From Myxococcota bacterium (lineage in GTDB: Bacteria; Myxococcota_A; Polyangia; Nannocystales; Nannocystaceae): a stretch of DNA of 64,000 nt. How positions within the stretch are numbered: the stretch's first letter is position 1; each line of letters opens with the position of its first letter. Below are positions 49,486-58,242 of this stretch, one piece after another. Below the pieces are notes generated by a model that worked only from the letters and a program-made list of their open reading frames with translations, did not search any database and had not been told where the DNA came from. The position numbers and the translations under genes are program-made. The stretch is taken from positions 44,132 through 108,131 of the forward strand of contig JBCCHT010000041.1 in assembly GCA_039028615.1 (NCBI GenBank). The letters are read 5' to 3'.

Positions 49486-50385
49486 ATGCTGCGGCCTCGC
49501 GTTCCGGGACTTCGTCCGATCGCTCTAGTGCTGGCCACCACCGTCGCCAGTACTTCGGGGGCCACGGCCCTCGCTGCCCCCGACCAGGGTTCGGCAGAAT
49601 CTGCCGAAGACCCGCTGGCACCCGCTCAGAAGCTCTACGAGCGAGGTCGGGCCCAGTTCGACACTGCGGATTATGACGCAGCGGTCGATGCCTGGACCGA
49701 TGCTTATGCGCTCGTCCCCGACTCCGCCGAGGGCACCCAGATCAAGGTCTTGCTCATCTACAACATCGCCACCGCGCGAGAGAAGGCGTTCGACGTCGAC
49801 CACGACCCGACGCAGCTACGAAAAGCCAAGATCCTCCTGGGCAACTTCGAGCAGAACATCCCCGGGCTCTATGGCGAAGGGGCCGAGGCCGATACCGAGC
49901 GGGCCCGCGTGCAGGCGAAGATCAAGGAGCTCGACGAGCGCCTCGCCGAGTACGAGCGCTCGCAAAACCCCGAGCCCGAACCGCAGCCCGAACCCGAGCC
50001 GGAGCCGGAGCCCGAACCCGCCGACGTGACCGACGACCCTCAGCCCGATCCCGCGGCCAAGGGCCTCATCATCGGGGGCGCCGTGGGCCTGAGCCTCGGT
50101 GCTGCGGGCCTGGGCGTGATGGCGGCCGGAATCGGCATGGGCAACGGCGCCAACGATCTGTCTTCACTCGAAGACGACGACATCGAAGGTCGCCGGGCGC
50201 AGTTCGAACGCGGCCGAACCGGCAACACGCTGGCGATCGCAGGCGGCATCGCGGCCGGCGTCTTCGTGGTGGCCGGCGGAGTGATGCTCGCGTTGGGCCT
50301 CAAGCGCAAGCGCTCCAGCAACGTCGCGCTGCTGCCCAGCGTGGGGCCGCAGAGCGCATCGCTGAGCCTACGCGCTCGCTTCTAG
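49486..50385 (+). CDS. Secreted TPR-like protein with an (EP)n linker and C-terminal hydrophobic segments (myxobacterial type)
   Basis: Signal peptide; AQKLYERGRAQF...YDAAVDAWTDAY...LIYNIA TPR-like helices; EP repeats; two TM-like segments; terminal ARF. Confidence 0.8.
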   Translation: MLRPRVPGLRPIALVLATTVASTSGATALAAPDQGSAESAEDPLAPAQKLYERGRAQFDTADYDAAVDAWTDAYALVPDSAEGTQIKVLLIYNIATAREKAFDVDHDPTQLRKAKILLGNFEQNIPGLYGEGAEADTERARVQAKIKELDERLAEYERSQNPEPEPQPEPEPEPEPEPADVTDDPQPDPAAKGLIIGGAVGLSLGAAGLGVMAAGIGMGNGANDLSSLEDDDIEGRRAQFERGRTGNTLAIAGGIAAGVFVVAGGVMLALGLKRKRSSNVALLPSVGPQSASLSLRARF

Positions 50386-50405
50386 GCCGCTCCGCCATTC
50401 GCAAT

Positions 50406-50432
50406 CCCGGGGGCATGCGCATCGCCCCCGGG
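50406..50432. terminator. Hairpin between convergent genes
   Basis: CCCGGGGGC...GCCCCCGGG. Confidence 0.5.
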
Positions 50433-50451
50433 TCATGCACATGGGCCGACG

Positions 50452-51624
50452 TCAGCGATCGGGGTACGCAGCCACGACCACGTCGTCGACGATCCATCCC
50501 ACCGGCGGCATCCCGGTCGGGAACACGCCCTGCCAGCAGTTGGAGCAGTCGTACGACATCACGAAGATGATGTGATACGTGTTCCCCGCGACGCTGTCGT
50601 CGAGCTCCAATACGACGTCTTGGAAGCCCCCCGGCGTGGTCCCGACGTACGCGGGAGAAGGCATCGCGTCGGAATACAAGGGGTTGGGGTTCTCGCCCGT
50701 TGCCACGCACCCACCGCTGTCGTCGAGCTCGGTGGGCGTCCCCATCGGAGGGCCGATGGTCTGGGGCATCTGCATGCCGCCGCCGGACGGCATCAGCCAG
50801 ACCACGCCCCCATCACCGAACAGCGTGCCGCAGTCGGCATCGATCATCCCGTTGCCGTCGAAGCGGATCGAATGGCTGAAGTGCACCTCGTAGTGGAAGT
50901 CGTCGGGGAGCTCGTCGGGGAACTCGATGGGGACGGTGGAGAGCATCGCCGCCCCGGGCATCTCCGAGTACATACCGCTGCTCCACGCGCCAGGCCCTCC
51001 CCCGCCGCCACCCAAGACCCAGCCTTCGACCTCGATCTGGTAGTCGCCATCGATCCCGGGGAACGCCGGGATCGTCGTGGCCCATAGCTCGGCCGACTCG
51101 CCCGGGTCTTCCATGTCGTCGAAGAACAGGGTCTCGGTGCAATACTCGGTGCAGCTCGGCTCGTCGCCGTCGGGCTCGTCGCACTGCTCACCCGCGAGCG
51201 TGTTCACCACGCCGTCACCACACTCGACGGCGGTGCAGTCGGCATCACACTCTTCGTCGCCTTCTTTGCCCTCGTCGCATTCTTCGCCGTCTTCGACGAT
51301 CTCGTTGCCGCAGACGGCCTCGGGCGTGCCGCTGCTCGAGCCATCCACCGCCGTCGTACCCGACGTGGTGCCGTCACCAGTGGTCGTGCTTCCGCCGGTC
51401 GTACTGCCCGAGTCGGCCGCCGCCGTATCGGGTGGCCCCCCGCAGAAACCTTGTTCACAGCTCTGTCCCTGCCCGCAGTCGTCATCCACGAGACACGGCA
51501 GACCCAGTGCATTGGCACCATCGAAACAGGATGTCGCCCCCGCAGCCCCCAGCAATAGCGCCAATAGTGCGCCCGCCGGTTGCCCCATTATTCCAAGACC
51601 TCGCGCCGCTCGATCCATATGCAT
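50452..51624 (-). CDS. Lipoprotein with Myxococcus-type cysteine-rich repeats (DUF4215-like) and a C-terminal beta-sandwich
   Basis: AGATSC lipobox; C..DDDC..GQSC..GFC; CGNEIVEDGEECDEG and CGDGVVN..GEQCD repeats; FFDDME...GWIVDDVVV; start uncertain (51624, 51618 or later). Confidence 0.82.
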   Translation of the reverse strand: MHMDRAARGLGIMGQPAGALLALLLGAAGATSCFDGANALGLPCLVDDDCGQGQSCEQGFCGGPPDTAAADSGSTTGGSTTTGDGTTSGTTAVDGSSSGTPEAVCGNEIVEDGEECDEGKEGDEECDADCTAVECGDGVVNTLAGEQCDEPDGDEPSCTEYCTETLFFDDMEDPGESAELWATTIPAFPGIDGDYQIEVEGWVLGGGGGGPGAWSSGMYSEMPGAAMLSTVPIEFPDELPDDFHYEVHFSHSIRFDGNGMIDADCGTLFGDGGVVWLMPSGGGMQMPQTIGPPMGTPTELDDSGGCVATGENPNPLYSDAMPSPAYVGTTPGGFQDVVLELDDSVAGNTYHIIFVMSYDCSNCWQGVFPTGMPPVGWIVDDVVVAAYPDR

Positions 51625-51694
51625 GATTGGACGTCGAGTGTACCGCACCCCCAGGGGCAGCGCCGGTCGCAGTATTGGTGCATTCTTGGACCCC

Positions 51695-53041
51695 ATGACT
51701 TGCTTTGCTGATCATCAACGCGCGTGGGTCTTGCGTTTCGCGTGGGGGCTGACTCCCACAATGCTGATCCTGCCGAGCTGCGGAGATGACAGCGGCAGCA
51801 ATGGCAGCGCAGAGTCGACGTCGACCGGCAGCACGGGAACGAGCGGAACGACCGAAGTGGTGGTCGATGGCACCGAGTCGATGGGCACCACTGAAGCCGT
51901 CGTCACCAGCAGTACGACTTCATCCACCGGCGAGTCCGGCAGCACCACCGAACCCGATCCCACCACGGGATCGAGCGGAGGCATCGGCTGCGGCGATGGA
52001 ATTCCCGAGTCCGGCGAGCTGTGTTTTCTCCCATCCGTGATGGTGAGCGACGTACCGACCGGCGCGCTCGCCCTCGGCGACCTCGACGGCGATCTCGCGT
52101 TGGACCTCGTCACCGGACAGCTCGATTCCATCGCGGTTCACCTCGGCAACGGCGACGGGACTTTTGCTCCGGCCACGACCATCGCGACGCCGTCGGGTGT
52201 GCTCGGCGTAGCCATCGCCGACTTCGATGGCGACCTCGTGCCGGACCTCGCCGTCGCCAACACCGGCGACGACTCGGTCGGCATCCACCTGGGCAACGGC
52301 GACGGGACCTTCGGCCCGCCCGACCTCGTGCCCGTGGGGGAATCACCTCGGGGATTGGCCGCGGCCGACTTCGATGGCGACGACCTCGACCTGGCGGTGG
52401 TCAACGAAGCGAGCGAGACGGTCAGCATCCTCATCGGCCAGGGCGACGGCAGCTTCGTCGCCGCGCCGCCGCTGGTTGTGGGTACCAACCCCACATCAGC
52501 CACCGCGGTCGATCTCGACGGGATGGGCCCCGTCGACCTCGCCGTGCTGAACTTCGGCGGCGGGAGCATCAGCGTGTTCTTGGCCGGGATGGGCGGTTTC
52601 TCCCCGGAAACTGCGTTCACCACCGGGGTCGGGCCGCGGGCCCTCGTCGCGGGCGACTACGACGACGACGGCAGCATGGACCTGGCCACACCCAACCAGA
52701 TCAACGACAACGTCGCCTTCCTGCGCGGCGATGGGGTCGGCGGCCTGTCCAAACCGTTGTTCTTCTCCACCGGAGGAGGCCCACGCGAGGCGGCGGCGGG
52801 CGACTTCGATGGCGACGGCATGCTCGACTTGGCCATCGCGCTCGAGAGCGAGAACGCCATTGGAATCCTGCGTAGCGACCGTCGGGACGCCGTATCGTTC
52901 GAATCGGGCGAGCCCCGCCCCACCCTCCAGCGCCCCATCGCACTCGTGGTCGGCGACCTCGATGGAGACACCGTCGACGACATCGTGGTGGGCAGCGTCG
53001 AAGTGGGCGGTGGCACGGCGGTGGTGCTCGCGAACCCCTGA
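51695..53041 (+). CDS. FG-GAP/VCBS-repeat lipoprotein (integrin-alpha-like propeller)
   Basis: LILPSC lipobox; Ser/Thr stalk; seven (G/A)D(L/F/Y)DGD..DL repeats with LGNGDGTF. Confidence 0.9.
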   Translation: MTCFADHQRAWVLRFAWGLTPTMLILPSCGDDSGSNGSAESTSTGSTGTSGTTEVVVDGTESMGTTEAVVTSSTTSSTGESGSTTEPDPTTGSSGGIGCGDGIPESGELCFLPSVMVSDVPTGALALGDLDGDLALDLVTGQLDSIAVHLGNGDGTFAPATTIATPSGVLGVAIADFDGDLVPDLAVANTGDDSVGIHLGNGDGTFGPPDLVPVGESPRGLAAADFDGDDLDLAVVNEASETVSILIGQGDGSFVAAPPLVVGTNPTSATAVDLDGMGPVDLAVLNFGGGSISVFLAGMGGFSPETAFTTGVGPRALVAGDYDDDGSMDLATPNQINDNVAFLRGDGVGGLSKPLFFSTGGGPREAAAGDFDGDGMLDLAIALESENAIGILRSDRRDAVSFESGEPRPTLQRPIALVVGDLDGDTVDDIVVGSVEVGGGTAVVLANP

Positions 53042-53159
53042 CACGGGCGCCCGCACTCTCACCCTCGTCACGACACGAGTGTCAGAGTCGAGCGTCCCGC
53101 GATGGACCTGGAGGCAACCAAGCCCGCCAAACCACGTCGTCTCGCGCTCCCGTCACGAG

Positions 53160-53176
53160 TTGGCCCGCCGTTGGCA
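53160..53176 (+). promoter_or_regulatory. Possible sigma-54 (-24/-12) promoter
   Basis: TTGGCCCG-CCGT-TGGCA: correct GG-N10-GC spacing, two mismatches to YTGGCACG-N4-TTGCW. Confidence 0.3.
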
Positions 53177-53225
53177 TCATCTGCGCGCCGGTTGATATGG
53201 TGGGAGTGCGATGCGAGTACGGAGG

Positions 53226-55271
53226 ATGAAGCCTTGGGTTTGGTTTGCGGCACTGAGCATCGCGGGCACCACCGGCTGTAGCGATGGAGGCCTGGCCGGC
53301 GTCTTCGGTGACGACGACGGCGGAGGCACGGCCGATGGCGAGGGCGCCGACACGGGGAACGCCCCCGGAGCCGACGACGAAGGCGGCACGGGAGACGGCG
53401 CCGGAGCAGACGAGACAGGGACCGGCGGAGCCGATCCCTCGGACGGTGGCGACGGCGAGGATGCAAGCTGCGACTTCGACTGCGGCGAGGGCGGGGCGTG
53501 CGAGCTCGACGAAGACGGTGCCGCCTACTGCAGCTGCGCCGACGGCCACGCCGCGTACGGCATGCGCTGCCTGCCCTGCACCCCCACCGATGGGAACGTC
53601 GAGGTCGACATTCCCATGACCACCCTCCGCGCCGAGTTCCTGCTCAACGGAACGCCCTTCCCCGACGCCGTCTACGAGCACGGCGAAATCACCCTGCGGG
53701 TGCCGGGCACCGGCGAGCGCATCCGCCTGGGCGACACCCGCGGCGTCTCGGGCACGGACGAAGACGTGGCGGTGCTCCCCGGCGAGTACGACGTCTACTA
53801 CACGCGAGTGCAGGGTGGAGACTTCGCCCCCGCCAACGAGGATGCCCGCGTCGGGCACGTCAGCATCCCCGACGAAGACTTCTACAGCCTGGTCATCGAC
53901 GTCACCGCGATCGACATCAGCGGCACCTTCTTGATGAACGGGGAGACGGCCCCCGACGCCGTCTACGAGAACGGTGAGGTCTACCTCCGCAACCGGGCGA
54001 CCGGCGACGAGGTCCAGCTCGGCGAGACCCGGGATCAGAACTTCAACCTCGTCGTGGTGCCCGGCCACTACGACGTCCACTACCGCAACCTGCAGAACAT
54101 CGACCTGGCGCCGCTGAACGCGAATGCCCGGGTCGGCGAGATCATCGTCTCCGAGTTCGACAACGACTTCGAGATCGCGATCGAGGGTACGGAGCTGAGC
54201 GGGGCCATCACCATCAACGGCGAGGCACCGCCCGACGCCATCTACGAGAACGGCCAGATCTCGCTGCGGGACTACGACACGCACGACGAGATCATCCTCG
54301 GCGAGACGCGTAACGGCAGCTTCGCGCAGACGGTGGCTCCGGGCCAGTACGAGGTGGTCTACCGACGACTGCTGGGCGGCGACTTCGTGCCGGTGAACAC
54401 CAACGCCGTGCTCCAGACGGTGACGGTCGGCGGCGACTCGATGACGCTCGACGTCGAGATTCCAACCGCGGTCGTGGCGGGCACGATCACCGTGGGAGGT
54501 GGCCCCGCGCCCTCCGATCCCACCAACGACGGCGCCATCATCCTGCGCAAACCGGAGACCGGCGACGCCGTGCTGCTGGGCAACACCCGCGAGGGCGCCT
54601 ACTCGCAGCACGTCATCCGCGACAGCTACGAGGTCTACTACCGCCAGGAGACCAGCAGCGGCCAGATCCCCATCAATACCAACGCCCGGATCCAGCCCAT
54701 CGAGGTCACCGGCCCCGCCAACTTCGACATCGACATTCCCATGGTGAACGTCAGCGCGGACATCACCCTCAACGGGGAGGTGCCGCCCGAGTCGTCCTAC
54801 GACGACGGCCTGCTCTACCTGCGGGACAAGGGCACGGGCGACTCGGTGCTGCTGGGCAGCACCCGCATCGAGGACATCGATCGACCGGTCGTGCCCGGGG
54901 CCTACGAGCTGGTCTACGTGGTGGAGGCGGCCGGGCCCACCGTGCCCGTCAACGCCGAGGCCGAGCTCGGCAACGTCGACGTCTCGCTCGACCCCGCGCT
55001 GTCGGTCGACATCCCCGTCGTCGACTTCGGCGGCGGCGTGCGAGTGGATGGCGAGCCGCCACCCAGCGGCCTGTACAACCAAGCCGACCTCGTGCTGCTC
55101 GATGCGTCGACCCTGGACACCATCTATCTGGGGCGGCTGACCGGGGGGTCCTTCGACCAGCAGCTCACCGACGGCACGTACATCCTCACCTACCGCGGTC
55201 AGACGAGCTCGGGGGCCATCCCTCGCAACGCCGACACCGCGCTGGGGTGCTACCAGCTGACCTCGAAGTAG
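53226..55271 (+). CDS. Lipoprotein with an EGF-like module and six tandem ~92-aa beta-sandwich repeats
   Basis: AGTTGC lipobox; Gly/Asp linker; CDFDCGEGGAC...YCSCADG....RC; six NG..P...Y..G...LR...TGD...LG.TR...PG.Y.V.Y...P.N.NA units; alternative ATG at 53211. Confidence 0.85.
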   Translation: MKPWVWFAALSIAGTTGCSDGGLAGVFGDDDGGGTADGEGADTGNAPGADDEGGTGDGAGADETGTGGADPSDGGDGEDASCDFDCGEGGACELDEDGAAYCSCADGHAAYGMRCLPCTPTDGNVEVDIPMTTLRAEFLLNGTPFPDAVYEHGEITLRVPGTGERIRLGDTRGVSGTDEDVAVLPGEYDVYYTRVQGGDFAPANEDARVGHVSIPDEDFYSLVIDVTAIDISGTFLMNGETAPDAVYENGEVYLRNRATGDEVQLGETRDQNFNLVVVPGHYDVHYRNLQNIDLAPLNANARVGEIIVSEFDNDFEIAIEGTELSGAITINGEAPPDAIYENGQISLRDYDTHDEIILGETRNGSFAQTVAPGQYEVVYRRLLGGDFVPVNTNAVLQTVTVGGDSMTLDVEIPTAVVAGTITVGGGPAPSDPTNDGAIILRKPETGDAVLLGNTREGAYSQHVIRDSYEVYYRQETSSGQIPINTNARIQPIEVTGPANFDIDIPMVNVSADITLNGEVPPESSYDDGLLYLRDKGTGDSVLLGSTRIEDIDRPVVPGAYELVYVVEAAGPTVPVNAEAELGNVDVSLDPALSVDIPVVDFGGGVRVDGEPPPSGLYNQADLVLLDASTLDTIYLGRLTGGSFDQQLTDGTYILTYRGQTSSGAIPRNADTALGCYQLTSK

Positions 55272-55289
55272 CCCGCCGCTTCCCGGCCC

Positions 55290-55331
55290 AAAAAAGAAAA
55301 GAGCCGACCCCGAGGGTCGGCTCTTTTCGTT
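55290..55331. terminator. Bidirectional intrinsic terminator
   Basis: GAAAAGAGCCGACCC-CGA-GGGTCGGCTCTTTTC perfect 15-bp stem with A/T tracts on both sides. Confidence 0.9.
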
Positions 55332-55364
55332 CGTGGGGGCGACCCGCTCAGCCGCCCGCAGGCG

Positions 55365-56678
55365 CTAGTTGCTGGACAGCTTCTCCACCAGCCACAGCGA
55401 CAGTCCCTCGTTGAAGGTGATGAGCAGCAGCGCCCCCAGCATCAACAACAAGAAGGGCACCGCCATCCGGTACAGCTGCACCACCGGCCGGTTGAAGGCC
55501 AGCGACGAGATGAACAGGTTCAGCCCCACCGGCGGGGTGATGTAGCCGATCTCGAGGTTGGCCAGGAAGATGATGCCCAGGTGCACGGGGTGGATGCCGT
55601 ACTGCGCCGCGATCGGGGTGATGAGCGGCACCACCACGATGATCGCGGAGAAGATGTCCATCAGGCAGCCCACGATCAGCAGGAACACCGTGAGCAGCAG
55701 CAAGAAGGTCGTGCGGCTCTCGATGTGCCCCTGGATCATGGCCAGGATCTTCATGGGCACCTCTTCCTGGACCAGGTAGTTGGTCAGGCCGAGCGCCACC
55801 CCGAGGATGATCATGATCGAGCCGACCAGGACCATCGACTCGCGAATGACCTTGAACAGGTCGGGGACCTCCGGGTCCTTCGACCACACCTTGATGTCGC
55901 CGTAGACGAACACCTCGATGATCACGAGGTAGATGGCACACACGGCCGAGGCCTCGGCGATGGTCACCAAGCCCTTGGTCACGAAGGGAATGCCGTAGAT
56001 CCCGATGATCACCACGACCGGGACCATCAGCTCCCACTTGGCCGCCCAGGTCGCCCGCACCGCCTCGCCGAGGTCGAAGGGCGTGCGCACCACCTTGTAG
56101 CGCTGGCCGGTGTACAGCGAGTAGCCGCCCAGCACGGTGAGGAAGATGAGCCCGGGCACGATGCCCGCGATGAAGAGCTGGTCGATGCTGGTCCGACCGA
56201 CGATGCCGTACAGGATGATGGGCAGCGACGGGGGGAAGAGCAGACCGATGGAGCCACTCGAGGTGATGAGACCGAGGCTGAACTTCTCGGGGTACTTCTC
56301 GCTGGTGAGGATGGGATACAGCAGCCCGCCCAGCGCGATGATGGTGACGCCCGACGCCCCGGTGAAGGTGGTGAAGAACGCACAGGAGACGACCACCACG
56401 ATACCCAGGCCGCCCGGCAGCCAGCCCAGCAGGGCCCGGCTGACCCGCACCAGGCGATCGGCCGCCTTCGACTCGGCCATGAGGAAGCCGGCGAAGGTAA
56501 ACAGCGGGATGGTGATGAGGTGGGGGTTGGTGGCGAGCTTGTAGTGCTCCTCGGCCAGGACCACCAGGTCCGTGCCCGAGGCGCTGAAGTTGGCCATGCC
56601 CGACCCGCCGAGCACCACGAACAGCGGCGCTCCCAACAGGGCCAGGACCAGCAAGACGATGCCGATGATCGCGGACAT
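55365..56678 (-). CDS. dctM: TRAP transporter large permease
   Basis: LITIPLFTFAGFLM, LLGWLPGGL, SGSIGLLFPPSLPIILYG, IHPVHLGII..NLEIGYITPPVGLNLF. Confidence 0.95.
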   Translation of the reverse strand: MSAIIGIVLLVLALLGAPLFVVLGGSGMANFSASGTDLVVLAEEHYKLATNPHLITIPLFTFAGFLMAESKAADRLVRVSRALLGWLPGGLGIVVVVSCAFFTTFTGASGVTIIALGGLLYPILTSEKYPEKFSLGLITSSGSIGLLFPPSLPIILYGIVGRTSIDQLFIAGIVPGLIFLTVLGGYSLYTGQRYKVVRTPFDLGEAVRATWAAKWELMVPVVVIIGIYGIPFVTKGLVTIAEASAVCAIYLVIIEVFVYGDIKVWSKDPEVPDLFKVIRESMVLVGSIMIILGVALGLTNYLVQEEVPMKILAMIQGHIESRTTFLLLLTVFLLIVGCLMDIFSAIIVVVPLITPIAAQYGIHPVHLGIIFLANLEIGYITPPVGLNLFISSLAFNRPVVQLYRMAVPFLLLMLGALLLITFNEGLSLWLVEKLSSN

Positions 56679-58114
56679 TAGTTGGACCCTCCCTTCGGAT
56701 CGTCGTCGGATGATTCGCCGTCGGGCGGCGGCTCCGGTCTGCCGTCGTTTTTGGTCACCGCCTCGGAGTCGGGCTCCGAATCACGCGGGGGAGCCGGCGC
56801 GGGCTCCTCTGCGGCTTCGACCTGCGGCAGCGGCTTGACCTCGGGCTCGGCCCCGGCGCTGGGATCCACCACCGACTCGACGAGCCGCAGCGCAAAGTGG
56901 AAGGCGAGCAGGCCGAAGCCCACCGGGAACATCAGCTGGATCTGCCACTCCTGCGCCCAGGGCAGAATCTCGTTGGGATACTCCTGCCCGATCTTCACCA
57001 GGTCCCACCCTGCCCCCGCCAGCATGATGCACACGTAGAGCGAGACCAGGTTGAGCACCACCGGGATGACCCGCTGGGCCGGAGCCGGCAGGATCTTGCT
57101 GAGCGCGTCGATGTTGATGTGCTTGCGGCGGTGGGTGGCCAGGCTGGCGCCCAGGAACGACACCATGATCACGAGCTGACGCAGGAAGACGTCGATCCAC
57201 TCGAGCTTGATGGAGTCGATGAACTCGATGCCGCGGGCGGCAAAGGACCCCGCGGGCGGGGGCCCACCGACGGGGCCTTCGTCGGCCTGGGGCTTCGCCA
57301 CCGCGTCGATGCTGGGCAGGTTGGCGAACATGTCCTCGTCGTCGCCGAAATCGTCGTCACCGAGGTCGTCCTCGCCGAGGTCGTCTTCGCCGGCATCGTC
57401 GGCCGCCGCGTCGTCGCCCTCCCCGGCTCCGCCTCCGAAGCCTCCGAAGTCGTCGGCCCCGCCGCCATCGGCGTCGCCCTTCGGCTCGTCTTCACCGAAG
57501 CCGCCGCCAAAGCCACCGAAGCCGTCGTCGCCCGCGGGTGGGGGATCGGCCTTGGCCACGGCGGCCGGCTTTGCGGGCTCTTCTTCTTCGTCCTCGTCGA
57601 AGCCTCCACCGAAGCCACCGAAGTCATCGCTGGCCTTCGGGGCGGGCTCGGGTGCGGGCGGTGCCGACTCGGGCTTGGGCTCGGGTGCAGGCGCGGGCTC
57701 TTCTTCCTCGTCCTCGTCGAAGCCTCCCCCGAAGCCGCCGAAGTCGTCTCCGCCGGCCTTGGCTTCCGGCTCGGCTCCGGCTCCGGCTTCGTCCTCGTCG
57801 CCATCGAAGCCGCCCCCAAAGCCGCCGAAGTCGTCGCCACCGGACTTGTCGTCCTTGTCGACCTCGTCGGGTTTCGCCTCCTTCGACTCGACCGGATCGG
57901 CCTTTGCCTCCGGGGTCGCGTCCGCAGCCGCCTCGGACGACGCGTTGGGGTCGATCGGGGGGCCGCTGTGTGCCCAGTACACCTGCAGGGGCACCAGCAC
58001 GTTGCGGTACAGCACGTTGTACCCGGCCAGGGTCAGCATGGTCAGGACGAGCACGACCGCCAGGGCCGACTCGACTCGAATCAACATGCCTTCCAGCTCA
58101 CGGAGCTTCCGCAT
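56678..58114 (-). CDS. dctQ: TRAP transporter small permease with a large low-complexity insertion
   Basis: TM1 ending YNVLYRN, then after the insertion W..VFLRQLVIMVSFLGASLATHRRKHINID (DctQ signature) and two more TM helices; stop overlaps the dctM start. Confidence 0.88.
   Translation of the reverse strand: MRKLRELEGMLIRVESALAVVLVLTMLTLAGYNVLYRNVLVPLQVYWAHSGPPIDPNASSEAAADATPEAKADPVESKEAKPDEVDKDDKSGGDDFGGFGGGFDGDEDEAGAGAEPEAKAGGDDFGGFGGGFDEDEEEEPAPAPEPKPESAPPAPEPAPKASDDFGGFGGGFDEDEEEEPAKPAAVAKADPPPAGDDGFGGFGGGFGEDEPKGDADGGGADDFGGFGGGAGEGDDAAADDAGEDDLGEDDLGDDDFGDDEDMFANLPSIDAVAKPQADEGPVGGPPPAGSFAARGIEFIDSIKLEWIDVFLRQLVIMVSFLGASLATHRRKHINIDALSKILPAPAQRVIPVVLNLVSLYVCIMLAGAGWDLVKIGQEYPNEILPWAQEWQIQLMFPVGFGLLAFHFALRLVESVVDPSAGAEPEVKPLPQVEAAEEPAPAPPRDSEPDSEAVTKNDGRPEPPPDGESSDDDPKGGSN
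57430..57840 (-). repeat. Five coding copies of a DD(G)FGGFGGG(F) motif, each followed by an acidic run
   Basis: GAAGCC.CC.CC.AAGCC.CCGAAGTC-like units near 57804, 57717, 57597, 57497 and 57430. Confidence 0.9.
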
Positions 58115-58190
58115 GCGGACACGTGTACCGCATTTTCGGCTCTTGGGGGGCTATGGCCCTTCCGCCCGCCTTCGACCCCTGAACGTACGA

Positions 58191-58220
58191 AGGCCCGCGT
58201 CGCAGCTGCGTCGCGGGCCT
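58191..58220. terminator. Hairpin between dctP and dctQ (attenuating or mRNA-stabilising)
   Basis: AGGCCCGCG...CGCGGGCCT with a self-complementary CGCAGCTGCG centre. Confidence 0.5.
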
Positions 58221-58242
58221 CGGCGTTCCGAATCGGCGTTTG

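Noticed and set aside
49968..50022. (EP)n coding microrepeat
   Set aside because: Ordinary Pro/Glu linker, common in myxobacterial secreted proteins
51552..51571. Direct repeat CAATAG(C/T)GC x2 in an AT-richer patch
   Set aside because: Explained by the Leu/Ala codons of the minus-strand signal peptide
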